A stretch of DNA of 64,000 nt from Planctomycetota bacterium (GTDB taxonomy: Bacteria > Planctomycetota > UBA8108 > SXIK01): the NCBI GenBank assembly GCA_965223265.1, contig OZ244999.1, positions 1,056,001 through 1,120,000 of the forward strand, written 5' to 3'. Below, piece by piece: positions 30,751-39,242 of the stretch. Position numbers and translations under genes: made by a program. Under the pieces are notes generated by a model that saw only the letters and a list, made by a program, of their open reading frames with translations, searched no databases and was not told the DNA's origin. The number at the start of each line of letters is the position of its first letter. Position 1 is the stretch's first letter.

Positions 30751-30811
30751 CACAGCAACCTTTCGCTCGGCCTCACCCATTTGGGTGGGGTCGGGCATTT
30801 GAAAACAAACC

Positions 30812-31069
30812 ATGAACACGAAAACACTTGAAATCAACCAACACGACGTAGCAACGCTCTCAAAGCTAATCGGTGAGCTCGAAGAAGTCGCGGCCCAGTG
30901 GCATGTCGAACTTGCGCCAGTGCTTACAAAGCGCACGGTTACGCGCCGTGAGTTCTACGAAGTGCAGAAAGTCGCGACGAGGCTTAAAGAGATTGCGACC
31001 TCGTTCGCGACTTCCACCAAAGTGGCGAGGACCCAAGGTTTCATTCGCGCAAACAGTGAGCTTCCATGA
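30812..31069 (+). CDS. Hypothetical protein
   Basis: ORF coupled to the next gene (ATGA). Confidence 0.6.
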   Translation: MNTKTLEINQHDVATLSKLIGELEEVAAQWHVELAPVLTKRTVTRREFYEVQKVATRLKEIATSFATSTKVARTQGFIRANSELP

Positions 31070-31815
31070 GCAAGAGAGAAAAGAAGTGGAAGATTGAACC
31101 GCGGCTAACGGCTACGCAACGGCTTTTGCTCGAACTTCCGACGCGCTGTGGGGCAGCAACCCGCGAAACGATTCACGCTTACGTGAACAAGGCTCGCGCC
31201 GCTGCCGGAAAAGACCCGCTGTCAGAAGACGCTATCCGCGTAGCGCTCATTCGTCTTGCAGACCGTTGGCTCTGTAAGAACCTCGTTGCAGCAGAAAACG
31301 TAGCCTACGTGGTGCCAACACCGGCTGGCTGCCGAAAGGTCGGAGCGGAGCCGCGCGGGAAGGCGTCTACTTTCGTTGCGCTCTTGCAGCTCGCTGTCTC
31401 TGACTTCTGTTTTCAGAACGGCAAGGTGCTTCTCACAGCAGAAGAGTTGCGCGAAGAACTGGCGCGTAGAGACAAGGCGCTACTTGTCCCAAGAATTCCT
31501 CGCGGAAGATTCTACGTTGAAGAAGGCAAACTCGGATATGTGGACGTGGACCTTGAGTCGCGCACAGCCTTTCAAGTCATCCGGCGCCTTCGGCGATACG
31601 GGGAAAGATTAATGGACCTTGGTCCTGCGTGGGAACCGCTTGTACGCGAAGGCAAAGAGCTTCGCTACGTGGTGCTGACACACTACCCGCGTGACCTTGA
31701 GCTCCAACGCGAACGCAAAGCGCAAGGCTGTCCAACGCCGCTTCGCTCTGTAGTGTCGCCATTACTGGAGCGGTTTCGGTGCGAAGAACCGGAGGTTGCA
31801 ACCAGTGCTACCTGA
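31066..31815 (+). CDS. Winged-helix + degenerate nuclease-like protein (replication-relaxation-like)
   Basis: RLTATQRLLLE...YVVPTPAG wHTH; YVDVDLE. Confidence 0.5.
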   Translation: MSKREKKWKIEPRLTATQRLLLELPTRCGAATRETIHAYVNKARAAAGKDPLSEDAIRVALIRLADRWLCKNLVAAENVAYVVPTPAGCRKVGAEPRGKASTFVALLQLAVSDFCFQNGKVLLTAEELREELARRDKALLVPRIPRGRFYVEEGKLGYVDVDLESRTAFQVIRRLRRYGERLMDLGPAWEPLVREGKELRYVVLTHYPRDLELQRERKAQGCPTPLRSVVSPLLERFRCEEPEVATSAT

Positions 31816-32236
31816 TTATTGGACTCAAGTGCTACCCCTTATTGAAAACCTTGAAGCTCCCTACGCGGCGCTTGGCATTCGCTTGCGCTGTGACTTCAAG
31901 GCCAATCCGCCCGTCATGACGTGTCCGGTGCTTGACGAGGCCCCAGACCAGGACCGCGCGCTCGAGAAAGCTTGGAAGAAGAAACTTCTCGAAGTGCACC
32001 CGGATAAACCGGGTGGCAGTGAAACTGCCTACCGCGTTGTCACTGAAGCCTACGAATATCTCCGCAAAGGCCGCACCGCACACGACGAAAGGTACCGCGG
32101 TGAGATTCTGCGCATTCACGCTCGCTACGAGAAGAGTCGCGCAGAGTACGACCGCAAAGAAAAAGAGGAGCGGCGCACGGCAAGCGGTGTGCTCGAGGCC
32201 GCAGTAGACGAAACATTTTCCATGTTCGGATTTTAA
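31796..32236 (+). CDS. J-domain (DnaJ-like) protein
   Basis: KAWKKKLLEVHPDKPGGSETAYRVVTEAYEYL. Confidence 0.8.
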   Translation: MQPVLPDYWTQVLPLIENLEAPYAALGIRLRCDFKANPPVMTCPVLDEAPDQDRALEKAWKKKLLEVHPDKPGGSETAYRVVTEAYEYLRKGRTAHDERYRGEILRIHARYEKSRAEYDRKEKEERRTASGVLEAAVDETFSMFGF

Positions 32237-32239
32237 GCT

Positions 32240-32734
32240 GTGGCAAAAAAACGACCTGACCCGCTTCCACGATTCATTGCGATTCCAATCGCAGCTATTG
32301 CGCAAGTCGCGTGGTTTCTCTGGGGAGGGCTGTTCTGTTGGGTACCGCTTGTCGCTCGCGTTCAGATTTGGGCGTGCTTAAAACTTGCTGACGCCCTTCG
32401 AAGAGGAAAACACCGCGTTGCATCAGCCTCAATTCGGCGCGAGCTAAGACTGGCCGCAACTTTTTACGTGGACGGCGTTATCGCAATAAATTGGGCGCTC
32501 TTTCCTATCTCAGTGTCTCCCGAAAGGGAGGCAGAGCTCACAGAGGAAGAAGAAAACGGCGCCGAACAAGACGAAGACCCGCGTCACCGGCGCGCTCGAG
32601 CAGTCGTGCACGTCATGTGGAGTGCTGTGTTTTGGATTCTCGTTTTCTCTCCACTGTCTGGTTTCCGCTGGCTGCTTGAACTTGTCGGTGGGCTCATTCG
32701 CGCAGTCCTTACACTTTTTGGGCTCTATTCATGA
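32240..32734 (+). CDS. Membrane protein
   Basis: Several hydrophobic helices. Confidence 0.65.
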   Translation: MAKKRPDPLPRFIAIPIAAIAQVAWFLWGGLFCWVPLVARVQIWACLKLADALRRGKHRVASASIRRELRLAATFYVDGVIAINWALFPISVSPEREAELTEEEENGAEQDEDPRHRRARAVVHVMWSAVFWILVFSPLSGFRWLLELVGGLIRAVLTLFGLYS

Positions 32735-34391
32735 ACTACCTCTTTTTCCCGTTCGCTTTTGCGTGCCGCTTTGCTCTCTGGCTTGTCAGTGAGCTTCCGC
32801 TTTTTTGCCTACGGCAATGTATCCCAGTGACGCTCGGGGAGTTCTTTGCGCTACCGCTTCTACCGCTCTTTCTTCCGTTTTATGTACTCTCTTTTTTTGG
32901 TGCGTTCCTTCTTCGTGAGTGGCTTTTCTTTCTTTCACTTCGCTCAAAGCCGCTAAGGAGAAGGCTTCGGCCAGGAGAGCTTTATCTCGGCGAAGAACTT
33001 GTCACAACGCCTGACGGAATGCCCTACGAGACTCCAAGTGGTGAGACCCTGGTCACTGGCTTACCCCTTTCATTCTCGTGGGAGGAGGCTGTGTGCGTTT
33101 TTATTCTGGGTTCGCCGGGCACCGGGAAGAGTGCCTTAGCTGACCGAATTATGGCCGCAGAAATTAGGCAACAGAAATGAACACACTTTCCGTGTATATC
33201 GATTGTGGCGGTAAGGACGTTGAGCACAGCGCGCTAATGCGGGCAGAAGCCAAAGCAGCTGGCGTGCATTACCATCACGGCAGTTTCGACGCTGAGCTCT
33301 CTCATTCAATGCCGCTTTTACGTTTACTCGCTCCAACGGTTGCCGGGCGTACGGATTTCGCAGCGCAAGTGGTGCGAGTGCTGCGCGTCGGGGAGGGGGC
33401 CGCGACGTATTGGGAGGCTCGTGCACGGCAGAAGCTTGCGGAAATAATCGAGAGTCACCCGGACGCGGACACCTTTGCGCGGATACACGCTCACCTGCGA
33501 AACGATTCAGATAAGGACACGCAGGGTCTCGTCGATTCGATTGGCGAGTTTGCCGAGCTTCGGCAACTGAATGTGTCCGCCTTCGAAAGTTTTCCTCAGG
33601 AGGTTAGAGACTACGAATTCGACTTTTCGAAATGGCTGCGCGAAGGCAACCACTGTGCCTATGTCAAGGCTGCGCGAATGCACTCAGCTGTTCCACTGTT
33701 GTTGCTTTCGCTTGCAGAAGCAACGCGCGTCCACAATTCAAACCCAGACAACGAGCGGTGCAGAGTTGTCGTGGTCATTGACGAAGGACACCGAGTCATT
33801 CCTTATGCGCCAGACCTGTTCGCACGATTAATTGCGTTGGCTCGCGCCTTCTTCCTGCGTCTTGTTGTGGTGCAACAAGGTACGTCCCAGCTGGAAGCGG
33901 CGGGCGGAGAACAGCTCGTGCAACAATTTGCCGACTCTGCAATCACGACCTTGTTTGGAACGGCGGACGGAACGCACCGCGTGTATGGATTAGAGCATGA
34001 AGTTCAGGAGCAGCAGGTGCACCCGGATACGGGCATTGTCAGCATTGTGCGTAGGCCACTTTTAAACCCAGCGCTTTTCACGTGGCTGCAAAGTGCTCGC
34101 GCAGCGCGTGGCGTTTGCCTTGTCAGAACACCGACGCGAACTGACAGACTTTACACCATGGTGCGCTCTCCTTTTGCCACTGACTTTGAGACATTCAAGC
34201 GGCTTAAAAAACGCGGGTGGCCCAAGGAAGGCGAGCTAAAAGGCGCGCTTCCCGCGGTACCAGTTTCTGTGTTTGGCAAGCGAGAGGACGACCACGACCA
34301 GGGCGAAGCCGGTGACAGCAAGCCGCCACCCAAGGACGACTTTTACCGAAAGCGCAGCCAACGAAAGAAAAGAAGGAAGCAGACAGCATGA
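32731..34391 (+). CDS. Second VirD4/TraD-like coupling ATPase, split in two ORFs (32731-33180, 33177-34391)
   Basis: TM helices + ILGSPGTGKS in ORF1; VVVIDEGH, LARAF..VVQQ in ORF2; one extra A at CAGAAATGA would fuse them. Confidence 0.7.
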
Positions 34392-35014
34392 CTGACGCTT
34401 TGACCCGAGCGGGAGACCAGGACTCCGCTCGCAAGCTCCCGCTTCCTGGAACCTTCGATTACATGCTGTTCATTCGTGAGCGCTTTTACGCTGCGCTTTC
34501 GAAGCAGAGTGGAGCGCTTTGCGACGGACCGTTCCGTAGGTGGCAGGACTTCGTCGTGTCACAAATCGAGTGGCTTGAACGTGCGCAGGCAGCGCTTCGA
34601 GAAGAATTCGAGCGCGAAAGAGGGCGTGCTCCAAGACCAAGCGGTCAGACGTGGTTAGACGAGATTGCGCTATCTGTCTACCGGTACAGACCTGGCACAC
34701 CAGGATTTCAGTGCGAAGTCGAAGCCGAATTCTACCGCGCTACAGAACTTCAGTGGCTTGCGTGCGCTGCAAATGGCGACGCGTTTTTGCTTCGGATAGC
34801 CCGGAAAGACCTTGAATGGCGCAAGAAGGTGTACGACACCGCGCCGCCCGATTTCCTCGAGCCTGACCCGAGTTACCGCTACGCAGAAACGGGTATTGAC
34901 CGTGCACTTCACGACCTTGGGAAACGAATCGAAGAGGCGAAGGACTTCCTTAAGTTCTGCGACGACAACGGCATTGACCCGAACAATCTCAGAAAGAAAG
35001 GAGACACAACGTGA
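34388..35014 (+). CDS. Hypothetical protein
   Basis: Translationally coupled ORF. Confidence 0.65.
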   Translation: MTDALTRAGDQDSARKLPLPGTFDYMLFIRERFYAALSKQSGALCDGPFRRWQDFVVSQIEWLERAQAALREEFERERGRAPRPSGQTWLDEIALSVYRYRPGTPGFQCEVEAEFYRATELQWLACAANGDAFLLRIARKDLEWRKKVYDTAPPDFLEPDPSYRYAETGIDRALHDLGKRIEEAKDFLKFCDDNGIDPNNLRKKGDTT

Positions 35015-35298
35015 ACGACCAGATTGACCTCGAAAAAGTCGACGACCAGACCCGTGAACGACTCGAAGCGGTCGTTGCTGAAGGACGCGTCAAGAGGGAA
35101 GCAGCGAAGCTCATTGCCGACGGCCTTGAGCTCGAGCAGAAAGCGCACGAGAAGTACCGCAAAGCGCAAACGCTTCTGACAGGCAAGACGGAGAGGAAAA
35201 AGCGCGGCAGACCGAAGAAGGCAGACACCGTAGAGGACGTCTCAGACGTGCGCGACAGGCCGCGACCGACAGTCATTGCAGCGGGAAACGCCCAATGA
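35011..35298 (+). CDS. Small coiled-coil protein with AT-hook-like motif
   Basis: AGGAG RBS; KKRGRPKK. Confidence 0.65.
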   Translation: MNDQIDLEKVDDQTRERLEAVVAEGRVKREAAKLIADGLELEQKAHEKYRKAQTLLTGKTERKKRGRPKKADTVEDVSDVRDRPRPTVIAAGNAQ

Positions 35299-35692
35299 AG
35301 TTGAACCACGCACCCTTAGTTGAACGTACACCCAACCGTACAGGCTTCGCGGCCTTTGTACGGCTACGTGTACGGATTGAGATTTAGAAGGCACTACGTG
35401 CCAACCATTTGTGGCTGGTGACATTTCGTCGAAAGCACCCGCCACAAATGGTGGGCTTGAAACAGTTTCAACCCCTTTAGATAGAGAGGAAGACCGGCAA
35501 CATGCGAGTTCCAATCGCGTGGTGGTTCAATTCGAGTCCCACGCGCCGGTCTTCCGCTTTTTTAAGAATGAGTTTTTGTAGCCAGCCGACGGGTGAATTT
35601 GCGTCGGCAGCTGTGCGAATTTCCTCCAACGAGCGACCAGAGTCCGCCGGTTATTCGGACTGGCGAATTGTGGAAACCAAATGGAGGGAGAT

Positions 35693-35890
35693 ATGGAAAA
35701 GAGGGAATGGGCGGTGTGTTTCACAGTCGACACAACCGCAAGCGTTATCGTGGAGGTTCTTGCCGCATGCGAGGACGAAGCGCATGAGCTTGCGTGGAAG
35801 GTGTTCGACGATTCGCCCGAGCTCGCCTTTGAGCCTGACGATTATATGGGAGAGCCCTACGTGTCTTGGGCAGACCCCAATACTGATTGA
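35693..35890 (+). CDS. Small acidic protein (cassette 1)
   Basis: GGAGG RBS; MEKREWAVCFTVDTTASVIVEV. Confidence 0.65.
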   Translation: MEKREWAVCFTVDTTASVIVEVLAACEDEAHELAWKVFDDSPELAFEPDDYMGEPYVSWADPNTD

Positions 35891-36109
35891 GGCTCAGCAC
35901 AGCACACACACCCGGTCGGGGGTCTCATTTGCGAGAGCCCCGGCCTTTCAAATCGAATCCAAACGAATGACTTTCTGTAGCCAGCCGACGGGTGAATTTG
36001 CGTCGGCAATAGCTGTGCGTTCTTCCTCCCCACGTCCGACGTGGCCAGATTCCGAGGTGATTTTCTTAGCGCCTCGAATTGTGTTAAACGTCAACCAATG
36101 GAGGAAGAA

Positions 36110-36289
36110 ATGGAAGAAGAGACCCGCCGCAACTCCGACGCCATCAATGCTTTGCATGCTCGTATCACGGCACTCGAAGACACAGTCGCGTTTCTGCTCA
36201 CAGAACTGCGAGAACAGTCCCGAGGCCGTACCACTACGGAATACCTTGCGGAAGCCGTGGAAGAGTTCTTGCGAAAGATACGGCGATAG
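36110..36289 (+). CDS. Small protein (cassette 2)
   Basis: GGAGG RBS; MEEETRRNSDAINALHARITALE. Confidence 0.6.
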   Translation: MEEETRRNSDAINALHARITALEDTVAFLLTELREQSRGRTTTEYLAEAVEEFLRKIRR

Positions 36290-36383
36290 CGGCTCCAACG
36301 CGCGCAGCACCGTCGGTCGGGGTTCTCATTTACGAGGGCCTCGACCTTTCAAACTCAAAGAATTCTGACGAGTCATAGGACCA

Positions 36384-36824
36384 ATGCTCGACGAACCATT
36401 CTGCTACGCGTGCGGTGGCGAGATAGACGCAGAACAGAATCGTCTCTGCTACGTGTGTTATTTCCAGCAGATTGCTGAGGCGCACCAGGCTCTCTCGAGG
36501 CTTCTCGCTGTGATTCACCGAGCAATTACCTTGAAAGAATGCGGACAACGTGAGCTCTGGTCACATTTTCAGAAAGTGGACGTCGCGCTCGAGCGCTTTT
36601 CTGAATTTCGAGGAACTGACCTTTACCTTGAGGACGCGCTCTACAGTGAAACGCCTCCGAATTTCCCGAGGGCGTACTGTCTTCTTGCGGGCGCCATTTC
36701 CTCCGTGTTCAAGCTTCGAATTCCAGAAGACACTCCGCGTGTGCAGCGTATTCAACCACTGCTTTTCAAGGACGAGCCCGACGAAAAGTGCGAGCTCCCT
36801 TGGTCAAACCTTTACCCGTCTTAG
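36384..36824 (+). CDS. Hypothetical protein with N-terminal Zn-finger
   Basis: CYAC...CYVC. Confidence 0.6.
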   Translation: MLDEPFCYACGGEIDAEQNRLCYVCYFQQIAEAHQALSRLLAVIHRAITLKECGQRELWSHFQKVDVALERFSEFRGTDLYLEDALYSETPPNFPRAYCLLAGAISSVFKLRIPEDTPRVQRIQPLLFKDEPDEKCELPWSNLYPS

Positions 36825-36887
36825 AAAGGAAACCCCATGGTTGCGTGCTTCGTTGAGTAAGAAACCGCCCTGTGGGAGAATCCAAAA

Positions 36888-37334
36888 ATGAGTGATAAAT
36901 ACCACCCAAAAGGACGAGTCTTCCGCCGCAAGGACGGGCCGTGGGAATTCCAAGTCGACCCTCACGACTTGCTCTGGATTCTGATTCACAACGAGAAGCC
37001 CCGTTACCGTGTAGTCTGGCAAGGAAACCCGCAGGGTGAGCTTGAGATAAAAGACGTCTCTTTCTTCAAGGAAGACGGCAAGCCGCAGCCAGAGCTCTTT
37101 CAAGCGGGACACGCAAAGTCACGCGACGGTTTCCTCGGCCTTTGGCAAGGTGCTTGCCGCGAAGCACTTGCCGTTTACCGCGGTGAGTCGCCAATTTCTC
37201 CCGAGAGCTACAAAGACGCTGTGTTGCTCCTGTCCAAAGTCGGCCTACCGCCAGACCTCACCCAGGTTGCGATACAGGCTGCTGAAGAGTTCGAGTTTCT
37301 TCAGTGGCTCAAAGACTCAGTAAGCCTGAATTAG
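36888..37334 (+). CDS. Hypothetical protein
   Basis: GGAG RBS, 148 aa. Confidence 0.65.
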   Translation: MSDKYHPKGRVFRRKDGPWEFQVDPHDLLWILIHNEKPRYRVVWQGNPQGELEIKDVSFFKEDGKPQPELFQAGHAKSRDGFLGLWQGACREALAVYRGESPISPESYKDAVLLLSKVGLPPDLTQVAIQAAEEFEFLQWLKDSVSLN

Positions 37335-37367
37335 TCCAACCCCGATTTCCAAGAAAGCCAAAGCCAA

Positions 37368-37541
37368 ATGAACACAGTACTGGAGCGAGCCGACCGGTGG
37401 CTCAAAGCGAAAGGCGGGGCGTTTGCCGTTGGGCTTGTCCTCGGCAAGGGTTTTTTGATTGTCACTTCGGCGTTCAAGCCGCGCGAATGCCCGCGGTGCG
37501 TCGAGCGGGAAAACCCGTCGGCAGAAAGGAGCAACGAGTAG
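37368..37541 (+). CDS. Small hypothetical protein
   Basis: MNTVLERADRWLKAKGG...CPRC; stop overlaps the xis start. Confidence 0.4.
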   Translation: MNTVLERADRWLKAKGGAFAVGLVLGKGFLIVTSAFKPRECPRCVERENPSAERSNE

Positions 37542-37828
37542 TGAACGTGCTGTCAAAGCTCGCCGAGTACCCGGCGGACGCACTACTTGACCAGGCCGCC
37601 CTCGCTGAAGCCCTTGGCGTAACCAAACGGGCTGTGCGCTACCTTGTTGCCCGTAACGAGCTACCGCCACCGTTTGCCCTCTGCGGAAAGCGATGGCTTG
37701 CGGGCAAGGTTCGCGAATTTCTCAACGCGAGACAGGACCAGGCGATACGCGAAGCAGAAGCGGCAGCCGAACACGAAGCCCGACTACTCGGTGAAATCCC
37801 CGCTGTTCCACGGCGCCGCGCCCGGTAG
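37541..37828 (+). CDS. Excisionase / AlpA-like HTH
   Basis: LLDQAALAEALGVTKRAVRYLVARNELPPP...KRW; immediately before the integrase. Confidence 0.8.
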   Translation: MNVLSKLAEYPADALLDQAALAEALGVTKRAVRYLVARNELPPPFALCGKRWLAGKVREFLNARQDQAIREAEAAAEHEARLLGEIPAVPRRRAR

Positions 37829-37829
37829 A

Positions 37830-39242
37830 ATGACGCCGCAAAAACAAGGACAACTCGAAATGGCCGAAAAGAAAAAGCGCGCCCGCAATGACGCGGGCCA
37901 CCTCTACCAAAGAACTCCCAGAGGATTCTGGTACGGACGCTGGTGGTCTGGCCCAGAGAATGCTCGTGTCCGGAAGAAGGCCCGCCTTCACCGTGATAAA
38001 CGCGAAGCACAGAAGCTACTCGACAAGCTTATCGCAAAGGAAAAAGCGATTGACGCTGGTATCATTGCGCGCCCGAAGACTGGACGGCAAGAGCACGCTC
38101 TTTCTACGGTCGTTGACGAATACCTTGAGTGGGGTGCGTCCGCTGGTGGTCTCCGCGGTAGACCCTGGTCAGCCGAAACGCTTCGCAAAAAGGAGCAGCG
38201 GCTTAGCTGGTGGCGCGAAGAGCTTGGCTTTGAGTTTGTCTCTGAGCTTGCCGGAAGTCTCTCTCTGGTTGAAGAAAGCCTGCGCGGCTTGTTCCGAGAG
38301 GAAAAAGACGACGGAACGGTTATCGAGCGCACCGGGAAGACTGTCCAGAACTACGCGGAGGCTCTGGCCTCGTTTTGCGACTGGTGCGCAAGGCGGGAGT
38401 TCCTTGAGACTGACCCCCTAAAAGACCTCGGTAAAATCGACACGACGCCTGCGGTTACGCGGCGAGCGCTGACCGTCGAAGAACTCCAGGCGCTTCTTGC
38501 CGTGGCACCACCGAAGCGACGCCTTACGTATCAGGTGGCCGTCTGCACTGGACTTCGTGCCGGTGAACTCGAGGAGCTGACAGTTGCGCACCTCGACAGC
38601 GAGCGCGGCGGCTTGAAGCTTGACGCTGCCTGGACAAAGAATCGAAAGCCAGGCTTTCAGCCGCTTCCGTCAGCTATCCTCGACTCGCTCAAGGAAAAAG
38701 CTCGTTCAAAGTCACCGACAGACCCGCTCCTCTACGTCGGTTCGAACATGAGCCGAGACATTGATTCAGACTGCGCAAAAGCCGGTATCGAAAAAACGAC
38801 GTCTGAGGGCAAAGTGGATTTCCATGCATTGCGTTCCGCCTTCACTACGCTGGTTATCGAATCGGGTGCAAACGTAAAGGAGACTCAGGAGCTCGTTCGC
38901 CATTCAACGCCACAGCTCACCATGGATATCTACGCAAGAGCACGCAACGAGCGGCTCGCGAACGTCGTGGAACAGGTTGGCGCAGTAGTGCTACAAACCG
39001 GAAGGAACACACCACCAAACGGAACGAGAGGGGAACCGAGCGGCATGCGCGTTGGGCCCCCTGTGGGCCCCAGCGAGACAAACGACGAAGACGACGGTGA
39101 CGTAAGTGACAGTGACGCAGACTGCTTAGCGCGAGTCACTACTCACCCTGCCAGGGGGTTCGATTCCCCCCGCCTCCACCATCTTATGATCGACGGAAGT
39201 CCCAGCCGCAGATTCGGTTGGGACTTTTTCGTTGGGGGGTGA
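37830..39242 (+). CDS. Tyrosine recombinase/integrase 1
   Basis: TGLRAGEL, TKNRK, DFHALR, RHS...TMDIY; C-terminus reads through the att site. Confidence 0.93.
   Translation: MTPQKQGQLEMAEKKKRARNDAGHLYQRTPRGFWYGRWWSGPENARVRKKARLHRDKREAQKLLDKLIAKEKAIDAGIIARPKTGRQEHALSTVVDEYLEWGASAGGLRGRPWSAETLRKKEQRLSWWREELGFEFVSELAGSLSLVEESLRGLFREEKDDGTVIERTGKTVQNYAEALASFCDWCARREFLETDPLKDLGKIDTTPAVTRRALTVEELQALLAVAPPKRRLTYQVAVCTGLRAGELEELTVAHLDSERGGLKLDAAWTKNRKPGFQPLPSAILDSLKEKARSKSPTDPLLYVGSNMSRDIDSDCAKAGIEKTTSEGKVDFHALRSAFTTLVIESGANVKETQELVRHSTPQLTMDIYARARNERLANVVEQVGAVVLQTGRNTPPNGTRGEPSGMRVGPPVGPSETNDEDDGDVSDSDADCLARVTTHPARGFDSPRLHHLMIDGSPSRRFGWDFFVGG

Larger units (their letters stand above)
35566..36353 (+). 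repeat. Two ~400-bp cassette units with conserved leader and trailer hairpins around unrelated small ORFs
   Basis: Identical 33-mer at 35577-35609 and 35976-36008; related hairpins at 35914-35945 and 36315-36346. Confidence 0.85.
1..39181. mobile_element. Integrated mobilizable plasmid-like element (rep/par/MOBF/xis-int), left end outside window
   Basis: Backbone gene set, tmRNA-derived att at the right end, uniform absence of GATC. Confidence 0.8.

Noticed and set aside
35489-35557. tRNA-Sec gene (GGAAGA...TCTTCCGC ends)
   Set aside because: Too short, no D-arm/anticodon cloverleaf, no CCA.
35502-36368. 288-aa ORF with an internal repeat
   Set aside because: The repeat reflects non-coding DNA repeats; small SD-led ORFs in other frames are more credible.
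27942-37828. Classical leading region with ssDNA promoters
   Set aside because: Genes point away from the presumed oriT, so the likely transferred strand is not their template.
30052-37828. Prophage
   Set aside because: No terminase, capsid, tail or lysis genes.
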